Positions 18,087 to 27,748 of a stretch of 64,000 nt of DNA are shown piece by piece (positions within the stretch are counted from its first letter, which is position 1; every line of letters begins with the position of its first letter). The position numbers and the translations under genes are program-made. Location: the NCBI GenBank assembly GCA_035388825.1, contig DAOOQQ010000008.1, positions 14,410-78,409 on the forward strand, read 5' to 3'. Below the pieces are notes generated by a model. The model had not been told where the DNA came from. It was given only the letters and a program-made list of their open reading frames with translations, and searched no databases. The stretch is from Candidatus Ozemobacteraceae bacterium (GTDB lineage: Bacteria; Muiribacteriota; Ozemobacteria; Ozemobacterales; Ozemobacteraceae).

Positions 18087-20684
18087 ATGTGCGGCGTCAT
18101 CGGACTCAGTTGCGAACATGAACACAAGCAGATGGGCGGCATGGCCGCCAGGCTGCTGCGGATGCTGGAATACCGCGGATATGACTCGACCGGCGGGATC
18201 GTCCAGAACGAGAAGGGCGAGACGACTCTCCGCAAGGATGTAGGCGCGCCCAGCGACGTCGTGATCCGGCTTGGCATCTACAAGCTGTCGGGGCTGCTGT
18301 TTTGCGGCCAGGTGCGGTGGGCCACATTCGGGGCCGTGACGAAGGAGAACGCGCAGCCGCACGAGATGCGGTGCAAGCTGCACTTCTACGGCGCCCACAA
18401 CGGCAACATCACGAACTGCGAGCGCCTCAAAGAATGGCTGCGTCGCGAGGGCCACGAGGTCAAGAGCGACAACGACGGCGAGATGCTCGTCCACACGATC
18501 GAGCACTTTTTCGCCAGGGAGCTCCAGTACAAGAATGCCGACGACCGCGCGGTGCGGGAAGCGGCGCTGCGGGCGGCGGTTTTGCAGGCCGCGAAGCAGG
18601 TGACCGGCTCGTTCGCCTCGATCGTGGTCGATCCCGTCAGCCGCATCATGGTCGCGATCAAGGCCGGCAGCAGCTTGTACATCGGCCGCGGCCACGATCC
18701 CGACGGCGGCGATTTCACGCTCGCCTCGTCGGATCTCGCCTCGGTGCTGCAGATGACGCGCATTCTCGTGCCGATCCGCGAGAACGAGTTCGCCGTGTTC
18801 GGCCCGGGCGCCGAGCCGGTGCTCTACGATCTGCGCTCCGGCCGCAAGCTCAAGCGCGCTTCCCAGCGCAGCCTGCTCAAGGTCGAGGAGACCCGGCTGC
18901 AGCCGCAGTTCAAGTATTTCATGGAGCAGGAGATCTTCCACCAGGTGCAGACCACGCGCCGCCTGCTGACGTTGTTCACCGGCGGAAACGCGATGACCCG
19001 CCGCGTGCGCGAGCGCAAGGACGAGGCGGCGGTGCTCGAGAAGCTGAAGATCGCCGTTTCCCGTCTCGCCGAGGTCACCGACGCGGTCGCGTTCCAGGAA
19101 AAGGCCCGCCAGCTGCTCGACTCGGCCGAGCTCGCCAAGCTGAACCGGCTCGTCGAGGCCGATCCGCCGGCCGAGTACGATCACCAGTTCGACTCCTCCT
19201 ACGGCAGTCTGCTCGAGGAGCTGCGCGACATCGGCGGCCCCGGCCGGCGCAATCTGCCGCTGCTGCTGAAGATGATCGACGCGACCTTCGACCTCGAGGA
19301 TATCGACGACGTCGGCCGGCGCATCCGCGCCTTCCTGCGGCTTGTCACGGCTGCGGCCGACAAAGGCGGCACGATCTACATCCTCGCCTGCGGAAGCTCG
19401 TTCCATGCCGCCAAAACGGCCCCGATCTTCTTCAACGAGATCTGCGGCCTGCCCGTCATCCCGTTGCTGCCGGGCGAGTTCCGGGCCCAGTGCACCCGGT
19501 CGCTGCGGCCGAACGACCTCATCATCGGCATCAGCCAGAGCGGTGAGACGAAGGATCTGATCGACGTGTTCAACCTGGTCGAGCAGCAGTACCCGACCGT
19601 GAAGAAGGTGTGCATCCTCAACAACACCAACTCGACCCTGGGCCAGGAAAAGTCTGATCTCTGCATGCCGCTCTTCTGCGGCCCCGAGATCGCCGTTCCG
19701 GCCACCAAGAGCTTCATCAATCAGTTGATGGTGCTGCTGATCCTCGCCGTGCGGCTGCACGAGCACCGGCAGGGAAAGAAACCGGCCCAGGCCCGTGGGA
19801 AGCGCGCTACCGGGAAGAAGGCCGAGACCGAGGCCGTCGACTGGCGCGAGATGCTGGAGCGGATTCCCGCCCTGATCGACCGCACCCTCAAGACGACCTC
19901 ACGCGAAACCGAGCTGGTGGCGCAGGAGATTCACCAGGCGCCCAGCATGCACATTCTCGCGACCCGGATGCTCGGCATCGCCAAGGAGGGCGCGCTCAAG
20001 ATCCGCGAGATCGTGCTCAACCACACCGAGGGCTTCGAGGCGTCCGAGTTCAAACACGGGCCGAACACGATTCTCGGCATCAATACCGTGTTCGGCATGG
20101 GAAGCGTGCGCAGCCTGCTCGAGACGTTCGGCAAGGCGCTGTACCGCATCATCGACGACCCCGCCGGCCGTGCGCTCGACAACCGCGCCATCCACCGAAT
20201 GTTCGACTCGGTCGCCGCCTACGCGTTCGAGGACAAGGCGCCGAAGCTGGGCAGCCCCGTCGAGGAGCGGCTGTTCCGCGAGGTGTTCGCCGGCCACGAC
20301 TTTTTCGGCAGCATGTACGGCAACTACCCGCTGCTGTTCATCACCGGCCCGGCGGACCTCGACGTGAACCTCACGATCTCCCAGATCAACACTCACAAGA
20401 TCCGCGGCGCCGACGTATTCATGATCGCCGAGGATGACGACCGGCTGCGCGAGGCCGTTTCCATCGCACCCGCGGGGTCGGATAAGTATAAGCATGGATA
20501 TATAACCCTGCCCCGCACCGGAAACCCGCTGATGACGATATTCTCGGCGACCGTCGTGCTGCAGATGCTCGCGTTCCATATGAGCCTGCATAAAATGGAG
20601 ATGCTCAACCGCCTCGAGATCGAGGGCCACGGGGTGCACCCCGACGTGCCCAAGAACGTGAGCAAGTCGATCACCGTCGACTGA
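18087..20684 (+). CDS. GlmS-family glutamine--fructose-6-phosphate aminotransferase-like protein with large insertions
   Basis: N-terminal class-II GATase (MCGVIGLS...). Two SIS domains (ILACGSSFHAAK...; EGALKIREIVLNHTEGFEASEFKHGPNTIL). GlmS-type C-terminus PKNVSKSITVD. 865 aa versus ~610 aa for canonical GlmS. Confidence 0.75.
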   Translation: MCGVIGLSCEHEHKQMGGMAARLLRMLEYRGYDSTGGIVQNEKGETTLRKDVGAPSDVVIRLGIYKLSGLLFCGQVRWATFGAVTKENAQPHEMRCKLHFYGAHNGNITNCERLKEWLRREGHEVKSDNDGEMLVHTIEHFFARELQYKNADDRAVREAALRAAVLQAAKQVTGSFASIVVDPVSRIMVAIKAGSSLYIGRGHDPDGGDFTLASSDLASVLQMTRILVPIRENEFAVFGPGAEPVLYDLRSGRKLKRASQRSLLKVEETRLQPQFKYFMEQEIFHQVQTTRRLLTLFTGGNAMTRRVRERKDEAAVLEKLKIAVSRLAEVTDAVAFQEKARQLLDSAELAKLNRLVEADPPAEYDHQFDSSYGSLLEELRDIGGPGRRNLPLLLKMIDATFDLEDIDDVGRRIRAFLRLVTAAADKGGTIYILACGSSFHAAKTAPIFFNEICGLPVIPLLPGEFRAQCTRSLRPNDLIIGISQSGETKDLIDVFNLVEQQYPTVKKVCILNNTNSTLGQEKSDLCMPLFCGPEIAVPATKSFINQLMVLLILAVRLHEHRQGKKPAQARGKRATGKKAETEAVDWREMLERIPALIDRTLKTTSRETELVAQEIHQAPSMHILATRMLGIAKEGALKIREIVLNHTEGFEASEFKHGPNTILGINTVFGMGSVRSLLETFGKALYRIIDDPAGRALDNRAIHRMFDSVAAYAFEDKAPKLGSPVEERLFREVFAGHDFFGSMYGNYPLLFITGPADLDVNLTISQINTHKIRGADVFMIAEDDDRLREAVSIAPAGSDKYKHGYITLPRTGNPLMTIFSATVVLQMLAFHMSLHKMEMLNRLEIEGHGVHPDVPKNVSKSITVD

Positions 20685-20710
20685 CGGGCGTTTCTTGCCG
20701 CCGGGTCACG

Positions 20711-20786
20711 ATCCGCCCCTACGAGAGCGGAGCCGATTCAATGACTTGTAGGGGCGCATCGCGATGCGCCCGGCTTGTCGTTGCGC
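20711..20786. repeat. GC-rich palindromic REP-like elements between convergent genes
   Basis: CCGCCCCTACGAG...CTTGTAGGGGCG inverted repeat, plus palindrome GGGCGCATCGCGATGCGCCC. Shares AGGGGCGCATC...TGCGCCCGGC with 52601-52630, and GCCCCTAC with 10900-10910. Confidence 0.6.
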
Positions 20787-20810
20787 CACTCGGGGCGAGG
20801 CGGGTTGCCG

Positions 20811-21968
20811 TCAGGGAAGACGGGCGGCGAACAGGCCGGTGCCGGCCGTGGAGGCGCGCAGGGCGATGAGCAGCGCCTGACCGCCCCGGTCGGTCAGGAT
20901 ACAGGAGCGCTTGCCGGACAGGTCGAACGAGAGGTCGGGCAGAACCGAGGCAGTGCGGAGGGCGCCGGCCCGATACCGCAGAACGCGGCTCCAGGCGGGA
21001 TGATCGGCGTCGCCGGCCCCTTCCGAGACGAGGACGGCGAGCTCGCTCCCGCCGGCGGCGGTGCCGATGACGCGCGCATCGAGCGGAATCTGGCCGGGGG
21101 GCGGCGCGTAGGTGAACAGCGATGTTTCGCGGCCCGTGGAGGGATCGACGGCTAGGGCGCGCACCTGGTGGTCGTCGGATACCAGGCGGACGAGGGAGCC
21201 TGCCAGCCAGACGGGCTCGACGGTGCCTGGCAGTTCCGCCACGAGGTCGCCGCCGGCGCTGAACAGGAAGCTGCGGTTGGCTCCCGAATCGGTCACGCCG
21301 AACCTGCCGCCGGGAAGGGGAAACACGTGCCGGATAAACCGGAACAGGCGCCGTTCCCCGATCAGGCCGACCGTTGCCGCGTGCCGGAACGACCGGAATA
21401 GATGCACGGCCTGGCGGCGGTTGTCGGCCAGGGCGAGACCGCCGTCGGCGAGCACGGCGGCATCGGCGATCTCGATGAGGCCGGGAACGGTGTCGCGGGC
21501 AGACAGGCTCAGACGGCCGGTTGCCGGGTCGAGCAGCGAGATGCGCCGCTCGTGCGGTTCGAGGAGATACGGTGTGCCGTCCGCCGAAACGACGAGGCCG
21601 GGGGCCTGGAGGGTTTCCTCGATGCCGTCCGGGGCTGCCGGAAGTGCCGTCAGCGGCTGCCAGTCAATCGCGTCGGCCGGCCGCCGGGTCGAGAGGCCCG
21701 ACAGTACGCCGTCAGGATCGGCCAGATCGGGTTCGGCATCCGTGGCCGTCGCCACGGCCGGGGTGGCGGCCGTGACGGCCGCGGGCGGTAACGGGACGCT
21801 GGGAGGCCGGAGCGGCGCCGGGGCGGAGGCCGTGCGAGCGGCGCGGGCGGCCCGGAGCGTCTCGAGTTTCCTGGCGAGATCCGAGCCGATGCCCGCGTCG
21901 GCCGCTGCCGTCGAGACGCAGAAAATCAGGCCGAGCGCCATGGTGTGGGTGTATATAGTATTGTTCAT
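20811..21968 (-). CDS. hypothetical exported protein
   Basis: 385 aa. Signal peptide MNNTIYTHTMALGLIFCVSTAAADA. Ala/Pro-rich linker, then a beta-rich region. Immediately downstream of the M23 peptidase gene. Confidence 0.55.
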   Translation of the reverse strand: MNNTIYTHTMALGLIFCVSTAAADAGIGSDLARKLETLRAARAARTASAPAPLRPPSVPLPPAAVTAATPAVATATDAEPDLADPDGVLSGLSTRRPADAIDWQPLTALPAAPDGIEETLQAPGLVVSADGTPYLLEPHERRISLLDPATGRLSLSARDTVPGLIEIADAAVLADGGLALADNRRQAVHLFRSFRHAATVGLIGERRLFRFIRHVFPLPGGRFGVTDSGANRSFLFSAGGDLVAELPGTVEPVWLAGSLVRLVSDDHQVRALAVDPSTGRETSLFTYAPPPGQIPLDARVIGTAAGGSELAVLVSEGAGDADHPAWSRVLRYRAGALRTASVLPDLSFDLSGKRSCILTDRGGQALLIALRASTAGTGLFAARLP

Positions 21969-21980
21969 GATATGAAATTC

Positions 21981-23186
21981 TCAGTCCGCGAGGAGAGCAT
22001 CGGCCGATTCCGAGAGGAACGGGCGGGGATCGACGGGGCGGCCGGACTCGGCGTGCCGCCGGATCTCGAAATGCAGATGGGGGCCGGTCGAGACCCCCGT
22101 GTTGTTGCACAGGCCGATGGGATCGCCCCGGCCGACGACGGTGCCGGGAGGGAGACGCCCCTCGCGCCGCAGATGGCCGTATCGCGAGTAGACGAGGCCG
22201 GCGTCGAGATCGTGACGCAGGACGACCATGTAGCCGTAGCCGCCATTCCAGCCGCTGGAAACGACACGGCCGGGTCCGATCGCGGCGACCTTCCAGCCGT
22301 CGCAGCCCGCTCCGGCCAGGTCGATGCCGGAGTGGTACCGCATGCGGCCGGTTTTCGGATGGCGGCGCATGCCCATCGCCGAAGTGGTCGTGACGCCTTT
22401 GCCGCCGGGGGCGCGGAGGGGGGAGATGCCCCCGAACTCCTCGTCGAGGGTCTTGAGCTTCTCCTCGATATCCTCGCGGGTTGCCGGAAGCGGCTCTTCA
22501 TCGGGTTTTTCACCGGACTCGCCGGCCGGCTTCGAGCCGAGCGAGGCGAGGGCTTCGAGGAGATCCTCCCGGATGAGCTGTTTGAGTAGCCGCACTTTTT
22601 CGGGATCCTTGATCCGCCGGGCGAGCTCCTCGCGGGCCGTGGCGAGCAGAAAGGCATACCGGCCGCGCTTCGGGGTGTTGCCGAACCGGCGGGCGAGATC
22701 CGCCAGGGTGCCGTAGGTTTCGACGGCCCGGCGCAGCCCTTCGAGCTGGGACTCGGAAACCGCTTTTCCTCGCAGCCCCTGGATGCCGCGCCAGACGTCC
22801 GTCAGGGCATCGACCCGGAGGACGTTTTCGATCGCGTCGAGATTCCCCAGGTCGAGCGCTTTCACGGTCTCGGCGATCTGGAGGACGTTTCGCAGCTTCT
22901 CCCGCCGATCGGCCCGGTCGAGCTGCAGCAGCGGAAGCAGGAACGCCTTGTCGCCGAGCAGCTTCGCGAGCATCGCCTCGACATCGGCATCGCCGATCAC
23001 GCGGGCGGCCCGTTCCGGACGGAACTCGAGGTCCTCGGCGCGATAGACGAGATCCGGGCCGGCGGCGCCGGGCGTTCCGGGGACCGCCGGCATGGCCGGG
23101 CACGACGCGGAGATGCCCGTGAAGAGGGCGGCGAGAATGAACAGAGGAGCGCCTCGGCGGAGAGGTGAGTTGAATATATTCATCAA
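21981..23186 (-). CDS. M23 family metallopeptidase (LytM-like)
   Basis: C-terminal M23 signature HSGIDLAGAGCDG...GYGYMVVLRHD...HLHFEIR. N-terminal signal peptide. Confidence 0.8.
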   Translation of the reverse strand: MMNIFNSPLRRGAPLFILAALFTGISASCPAMPAVPGTPGAAGPDLVYRAEDLEFRPERAARVIGDADVEAMLAKLLGDKAFLLPLLQLDRADRREKLRNVLQIAETVKALDLGNLDAIENVLRVDALTDVWRGIQGLRGKAVSESQLEGLRRAVETYGTLADLARRFGNTPKRGRYAFLLATAREELARRIKDPEKVRLLKQLIREDLLEALASLGSKPAGESGEKPDEEPLPATREDIEEKLKTLDEEFGGISPLRAPGGKGVTTTSAMGMRRHPKTGRMRYHSGIDLAGAGCDGWKVAAIGPGRVVSSGWNGGYGYMVVLRHDLDAGLVYSRYGHLRREGRLPPGTVVGRGDPIGLCNNTGVSTGPHLHFEIRRHAESGRPVDPRPFLSESADALLAD

Positions 23187-23248
23187 AATAGATCCTCATG
23201 GGAAGCGGGCGCCGGCTTCGAACCGGCGCCCGCTGGATGCTTTTCTGG

Positions 23249-24367
23249 TCAGGGCTTGTAGGTGTCGGGGTTTTGAGCCCAGGGGGCCTTCCAGGTCGTG
23301 GTGTCGACCACCGGCAGTTCGGGACCGAGCAGGCCGCGCTTGGTCAGCATCGGCGGGACCCAGACCGGCATCGTGGCGCGGAAGTTGTAGATGAAGCTCG
23401 GCAGCGCCCACAGTTTGATGCGCCGGGCCGGCTCGAGGACGCGGTTCAGCAGGATGACGAGGTTGTTCGTGCAGTTGTTCGTGATCGTGTGGTAGAACTC
23501 GCCTTCGCGGTTTACCACGGCCTGTTCGATCGCCTCGCGCGCCAGTTGCTTCTTCTGGTCGCCGGTCAGCCGCACGGGATACAGGTGCAGCTTGCCTTTG
23601 CCGTAATGACAGCTTTGCTCGAGGTAATTGTCCCAGGTCGTCAGCAGCCAGACGACGCCGAACCGGCGCTTCATGCCTTCCACCAGGCCGTATTTCTGGT
23701 TGGTGCGCTGGTAGGCCTCGATCGTCAGCACCAGGCCGCTCGATTCACGGCCGGTCTCGTCGACCATGCCGCCCTTGTCGAAGGTGAACACCATCAGCGA
23801 GTGGGCGGCGATCCATTCGGGCGGGAAGGGCTTCTTCACGAAATACACGTTCTTCACGCGGTCGGGCCGGATCGTCGCCGTGCGCCAGCCGTAGGCCGGC
23901 TCCTCGTCGGCTTTCCCGGTTCCGCCGGGGGCGATGTCCCACCGGACGTTCGCCACCTGGAACGTATCGCCCTTGCGGCCGATGAGGGCCGGGGGCTTCT
24001 GGAACGACTTGTAGGGAGGCAGCTCGATCTTCGTGTCGGGATCGGGCGGAACGGGGGTGATCTTTTTCACCTTCCAGCGGTCGAGATCATCGGCCTGGCG
24101 GGCGAGGCCCTCGACCCGGACGGTGCGCCCGACCCACGAGGCGACCTTCTTCGGATTGACCAGCAGGGTGAACACCCGTCCGTCGCCGGTGTGCAGCGTC
24201 ACCACGCCCTCCTGAAGCTCGAGAACGCCGTCGAGGGTGTACTGGACGCCGTATCCGCCCCGCGCTTCGGGGGCCTGGGCCGCCGGCGTGCCGGCAAATC
24301 CGGCCGGCGGCACCAGCATCGTCAGAATACACAGAACGATCACCAGGACGTTGTTGCGAAGCTGCAT
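23249..24367 (-). CDS. hypothetical exported protein (possibly DUF4105/Lnb-like)
   Basis: Signal peptide MQLRNNVLVIVLCILTMLVPPAGFA. Conserved-looking core YHTITNNCTNNLVILLN. The family assignment is a guess made without any database search. Confidence 0.5.
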   Translation of the reverse strand: MQLRNNVLVIVLCILTMLVPPAGFAGTPAAQAPEARGGYGVQYTLDGVLELQEGVVTLHTGDGRVFTLLVNPKKVASWVGRTVRVEGLARQADDLDRWKVKKITPVPPDPDTKIELPPYKSFQKPPALIGRKGDTFQVANVRWDIAPGGTGKADEEPAYGWRTATIRPDRVKNVYFVKKPFPPEWIAAHSLMVFTFDKGGMVDETGRESSGLVLTIEAYQRTNQKYGLVEGMKRRFGVVWLLTTWDNYLEQSCHYGKGKLHLYPVRLTGDQKKQLAREAIEQAVVNREGEFYHTITNNCTNNLVILLNRVLEPARRIKLWALPSFIYNFRATMPVWVPPMLTKRGLLGPELPVVDTTTWKAPWAQNPDTYKP

Positions 24368-24510
24368 GAATTCTCCCCCATTCATCGAGAGTATTGTACC
24401 ATTATACCTGCCGGCCGGATTCTTGTCGCGTCAACCCCGACCCTGATGTACCATGGACTTGTTGCCGCCACCGGCGAGTGCCCGTGAACCAATTCACCCG
24501 GAGAGGGAAG

Positions 24511-26052
24511 ATGAAAAATATCGTTCTGTTTATATATATGATGACATTCGGCTTCTGCGCTTTTTCCTGGGATACTGCCCGGGCGGCGGACGTGCCGGAA
24601 ACCCTCCGAAACGGCCCCGGGGCAGAAGTTTGGCGGGCATTCTGGGAAATCAGCGCCGTCCCGCGCGGCTCAGGCCGGGAGGCGGGCATTCGCGATATGC
24701 TGAAAGCCGAGGCGGACCGGTTGGGCCTTCCAGCCACGGTCGATGCCGTCGGCAATCTGCTGGTCAGGGTTCCTGCAACCCGGGGTCGCGAAAAAGAGCC
24801 GGTCACGGTCTGTCATGCGCATCTCGACATGGTGTGCGACCGCGTTCCCGAGAGCCGTCACGATTTCGAGCGGGATCCGATCGTGCCGGGCGTGTCGGGG
24901 GAGTGGGTGAGCGCGAACGGTACGACGCTGGGGGCCGACAACGGCATCGGTGTCGCGGCGCTGCTCGCCCTGATGCGCGGCGCTGCTGCCGAGCATGGGC
25001 GGCTCGAGCTGCTGTTCACCGTCGACGAGGAGGGGAACTTCACGGGTGTGTATGGCCTGACGCCGACCTTTTTCGAGGGCCGGCGGCTGATCAATCTCGA
25101 CAGCGAGACGGATGGCGAGCTGAACATCGGCTGCGCCGGCGGCCGTGCCGACACGGCCGTGCTGCCGTGGCCGCGCAAACCGGCCGGCGGTTCGGATGTG
25201 CAGGCGCTACGGGTCACGATCGGCTCGCTCCAGGGCGGCCATTCCGGCGTCGACATCCATCGAGGCCGGGCGAATGCGATCCGGCTGGCGGGCCAGCTCC
25301 TGCGCACCGTCGCCTCGGTCGTTCCGTTGCGGCTGATCGCGATCCGTGGCGGCAGCATCGACACCACGATCCCCCGCGACGTCCTGCTCGACCTCGTCAT
25401 CCCGACGAAGCATCTGCCGTTCCTGGCCGAGATGCTGCCGGCGCTCCAGAAACGGCTGCGGCGCGAATACGGCGCCGCCGACCCCGGCATCGAGCTGCGG
25501 GTCGTTCCGATTCTCGGCCGGCAGCCCGACGCGCTGTCGGTCGATGAGACCCGCAAATTCACGGAGTTCATCCTCGAGCTGCCCAGCGGCATCCAGCAGA
25601 TGAGCAGCCAGTTCCCCGGGCTGGTCGAGACGTCGATGAATCCCGGCGTCATCACGACCGCGACCGAATCCGTGACGCTGATTTCCCACCTCCAGAGCTC
25701 GAAACCGCCCGCGATCGCCGCCCTGGGCGAGACGATCGCCCGGTTGGCGGCCCGTCATGGCGGTACCTGCGAGGCGGGCGTGCCGTATCCACCGTGGCAG
25801 ACGAGCCCCGATGCGCCGCTCGTGAAGAAGGTGTGCGACCTGTACCGCGCCGTCACCGGCTCCGCGATGAAGCTGAACGTCGTGCATGCCGGTCTCGAGT
25901 GCGGCGCGATCGCCGAGCGGGTGCCCGGCATGGAGATGGTGTCGTTCGGCCCGACGATCGAGAACGCCCACACGCCGCGCGAACGGCTGAACGTGCCGAG
26001 CGTCGGCCGCTTTTTCGGGCTTCTGACGAGACTGCTCGCCGAACGCTTCTGA
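24511..26052 (+). CDS. pepD: Xaa-His dipeptidase (M20 family, PepD-like), exported
   Basis: VTVCHAHLDMVCD...DPIVPGVSGEWVSANGTTLGADNGIGVAALLAL...LFTVDEEG matches PepD over its whole length. Start at MKNIVLF with signal-like N-terminus. Confidence 0.82.
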   Translation: MKNIVLFIYMMTFGFCAFSWDTARAADVPETLRNGPGAEVWRAFWEISAVPRGSGREAGIRDMLKAEADRLGLPATVDAVGNLLVRVPATRGREKEPVTVCHAHLDMVCDRVPESRHDFERDPIVPGVSGEWVSANGTTLGADNGIGVAALLALMRGAAAEHGRLELLFTVDEEGNFTGVYGLTPTFFEGRRLINLDSETDGELNIGCAGGRADTAVLPWPRKPAGGSDVQALRVTIGSLQGGHSGVDIHRGRANAIRLAGQLLRTVASVVPLRLIAIRGGSIDTTIPRDVLLDLVIPTKHLPFLAEMLPALQKRLRREYGAADPGIELRVVPILGRQPDALSVDETRKFTEFILELPSGIQQMSSQFPGLVETSMNPGVITTATESVTLISHLQSSKPPAIAALGETIARLAARHGGTCEAGVPYPPWQTSPDAPLVKKVCDLYRAVTGSAMKLNVVHAGLECGAIAERVPGMEMVSFGPTIENAHTPRERLNVPSVGRFFGLLTRLLAERF

Positions 26053-26061
26053 CGGAAAGGG

Positions 26062-26898
26062 TCAGCGAGGGCGTTCCGGCGCTTCCGGCGGGAGCGTCTC
26101 CTGCTCGGCCGGCGGGGTCATCCAGGCGGGTTTGCCGCGCGGCATCTCGCGGATCCGGCCGATCTCCTCGCGTATGCGGGGGTTCGGGCTGTTGCGGGCC
26201 ATATCCAGGGCCGAGTGGCCGTATCCCATGACCAGGGCCGGATTCGCGCCCGCCTCGAGAAGATACCGGACGCAGCCGGGGTGCTGCTTGTAGATGGCCA
26301 CGTGGAGCGGGGTCCACTCCTGAACGCGCAGGGCGTTCGGGTCGAACCGCAGGATCAGCAGGCGTTTCACCCACTCCTCGAGACCGCTTTCGGCCGCGCA
26401 GTGCAGCGCCGTCCAGCCCGCCCCGTCGACAGCTTTCAGATCCGCTCCGGCATTGGCCAGGATGATCGCGACCTTGCCGTGGCCTCCGAAAAGGGCGGCG
26501 AGAAACGGGGTGCGCCGGCCCCGGTTGCGGGCATCGATCTGGGCACCTTTCGAAAGCAGCATCAGAACAGCTTTTTCATGGCCTTTTGCCGCCGCAAGCA
26601 GAAGGGGCGTGTTTCCATCCCGATCGGTGGCATCGACCATGTCGCCGCGCAGCAGATACACTTCCATCAGATCGAGCAGGCCCAGCCTGGCCGCCAGATG
26701 CAGCGGCGTGCGGCCTTCCCGGTCGAGGGTGTAGGGGCCGTCGTCGCGGGACGGCGGATACTCGACGGCAACGGACGGGCCGGCGGAAGGCTGCGGGGTG
26801 CGCGCTTCCCGGGCCGCGCCGAGATACAACTGGGCAAGGATGTAGGCCCCGCCGATGATGAGCGGCAGGACCGACGTCACGTCATTGTGTTTCGCCAT
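26062..26898 (-). CDS. membrane-anchored ankyrin-repeat protein
   Basis: N-terminal TM helix (VLPLIIGGAYILAQLYL), then at least 5 ANK repeats (GRTPLHLAARLG.., GNTPLLLAAAKGH.., GWTALHCAAESG.., WTPLHVAIYKQH..). Confidence 0.8.
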   Translation of the reverse strand: MAKHNDVTSVLPLIIGGAYILAQLYLGAAREARTPQPSAGPSVAVEYPPSRDDGPYTLDREGRTPLHLAARLGLLDLMEVYLLRGDMVDATDRDGNTPLLLAAAKGHEKAVLMLLSKGAQIDARNRGRRTPFLAALFGGHGKVAIILANAGADLKAVDGAGWTALHCAAESGLEEWVKRLLILRFDPNALRVQEWTPLHVAIYKQHPGCVRYLLEAGANPALVMGYGHSALDMARNSPNPRIREEIGRIREMPRGKPAWMTPPAEQETLPPEAPERPR

Positions 26899-26923
26899 GG
26901 CAGCAGCATTCTACCATGGGGCG

Positions 26924-26957
26924 AAAAAAATGGCGCCCGGCTGGTTTACCGGGCGCT
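26924..26957 (-). terminator. rho-independent terminator (minus strand)
   Basis: On the minus strand: GCGCCCGGTAAACCAGCCGGGCGC stem-loop followed by CATTTTTTTCGCC. Confidence 0.5.
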
Positions 26958-27078
26958 CTGGGCTTCTCTCTGGCGGTAGATGCAGGCCTCTGACCTGCAC
27001 GGAGTTTTCAGGATGGTGAACCGGGAACAGGCCTTGCATTCGCGCTGATGAGGGGCCGAAACGATCTCTGCTTTCATC
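26946..27078 (-). CDS. small (43 aa) four-cysteine zinc-ribbon-like protein
   Basis: MKAEIVSAPHQRECKACSRFTILKTPCRSEACIYRQREAQSAR. AGGAGA Shine-Dalgarno 8 nt before the ATG. The TAA stop sits inside a terminator hairpin (GCGCCCGGTAAACCAGCCGGGCGC followed by a T-run on the minus strand, 26931-26957). Confidence 0.4.
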
Positions 27079-27295
27079 ACGAGCTTCTCCTTCCTGGTGG
27101 TCATTCCGAAAAGAACTCTCCTTTCCTGTATCGGCATGTTTGCCGATGTCCTCCAGCGCCCAGCCATACCCGGCATGCGGGGAAAACAAAACCATCAGCC
27201 GGGGGAAATGGGGCTGAACCCGCCGCAATCCGCGTTCTCTCTGTTGCGGAGCCGGGCGTGTTCGGGCATACTGACCTCATGCGAAGGAGTATGCC

Positions 27296-27748
27296 ATGAT
27301 CGTCACCGGACTGCAATCCCTGGCCCGTTACGACGGGTGTCTGCCGGCCCTGGCGCGGGCCCGGGCGTGGCTCGGCGCCCGTGATCTTGCATCGCTGGCC
27401 GTGGGCCGCCATGAGATCGACGGGGAGCGTCTCTTCGTCACGGTGTCGGATTACACGACGAAACGGCCCGGCGAAGGCTTCTGGGAAGCGCACCGCCGGT
27501 ATGTCGACGTCCAGCTCGTCGCCTCGGGCCGCGAGCGGTTCGGCTTCGGCCGTCTCGGGGAAATGCGCCTCGAGTCCCATGATGACGCCCGCGACCTGTC
27601 GGTGCTTTCGGGAGAGGGCGAATTCTTCACGCTCGCCCCGGAGATGGCCGTCATCCTCTTTCCGGAAGACGCCCACATGCCAGGCATGGCGTTGGACGGG
27701 AATCCCGGCCCCGTCCGGAAAATAGTTGTAAAAATAGAAGCCCCATGA
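27296..27748 (+). CDS. YhcH/YjgK/YiaL (DUF386, TabA-like) family protein
   Basis: 150 aa. Family-typical segments: HEIDGERLFVTVSDYTTK..., VDVQLV..G.E, FPEDAHMPG. Confidence 0.7.
   Translation: MIVTGLQSLARYDGCLPALARARAWLGARDLASLAVGRHEIDGERLFVTVSDYTTKRPGEGFWEAHRRYVDVQLVASGRERFGFGRLGEMRLESHDDARDLSVLSGEGEFFTLAPEMAVILFPEDAHMPGMALDGNPGPVRKIVVKIEAP

Noticed and set aside
17891-18087. Possible glmS ribozyme or sigma54 promoter upstream of the GlmS-like gene
   Set aside because: The conserved glmS ribozyme core is not present. TGGCAG at ~18018 lacks a properly spaced GC -12 element.
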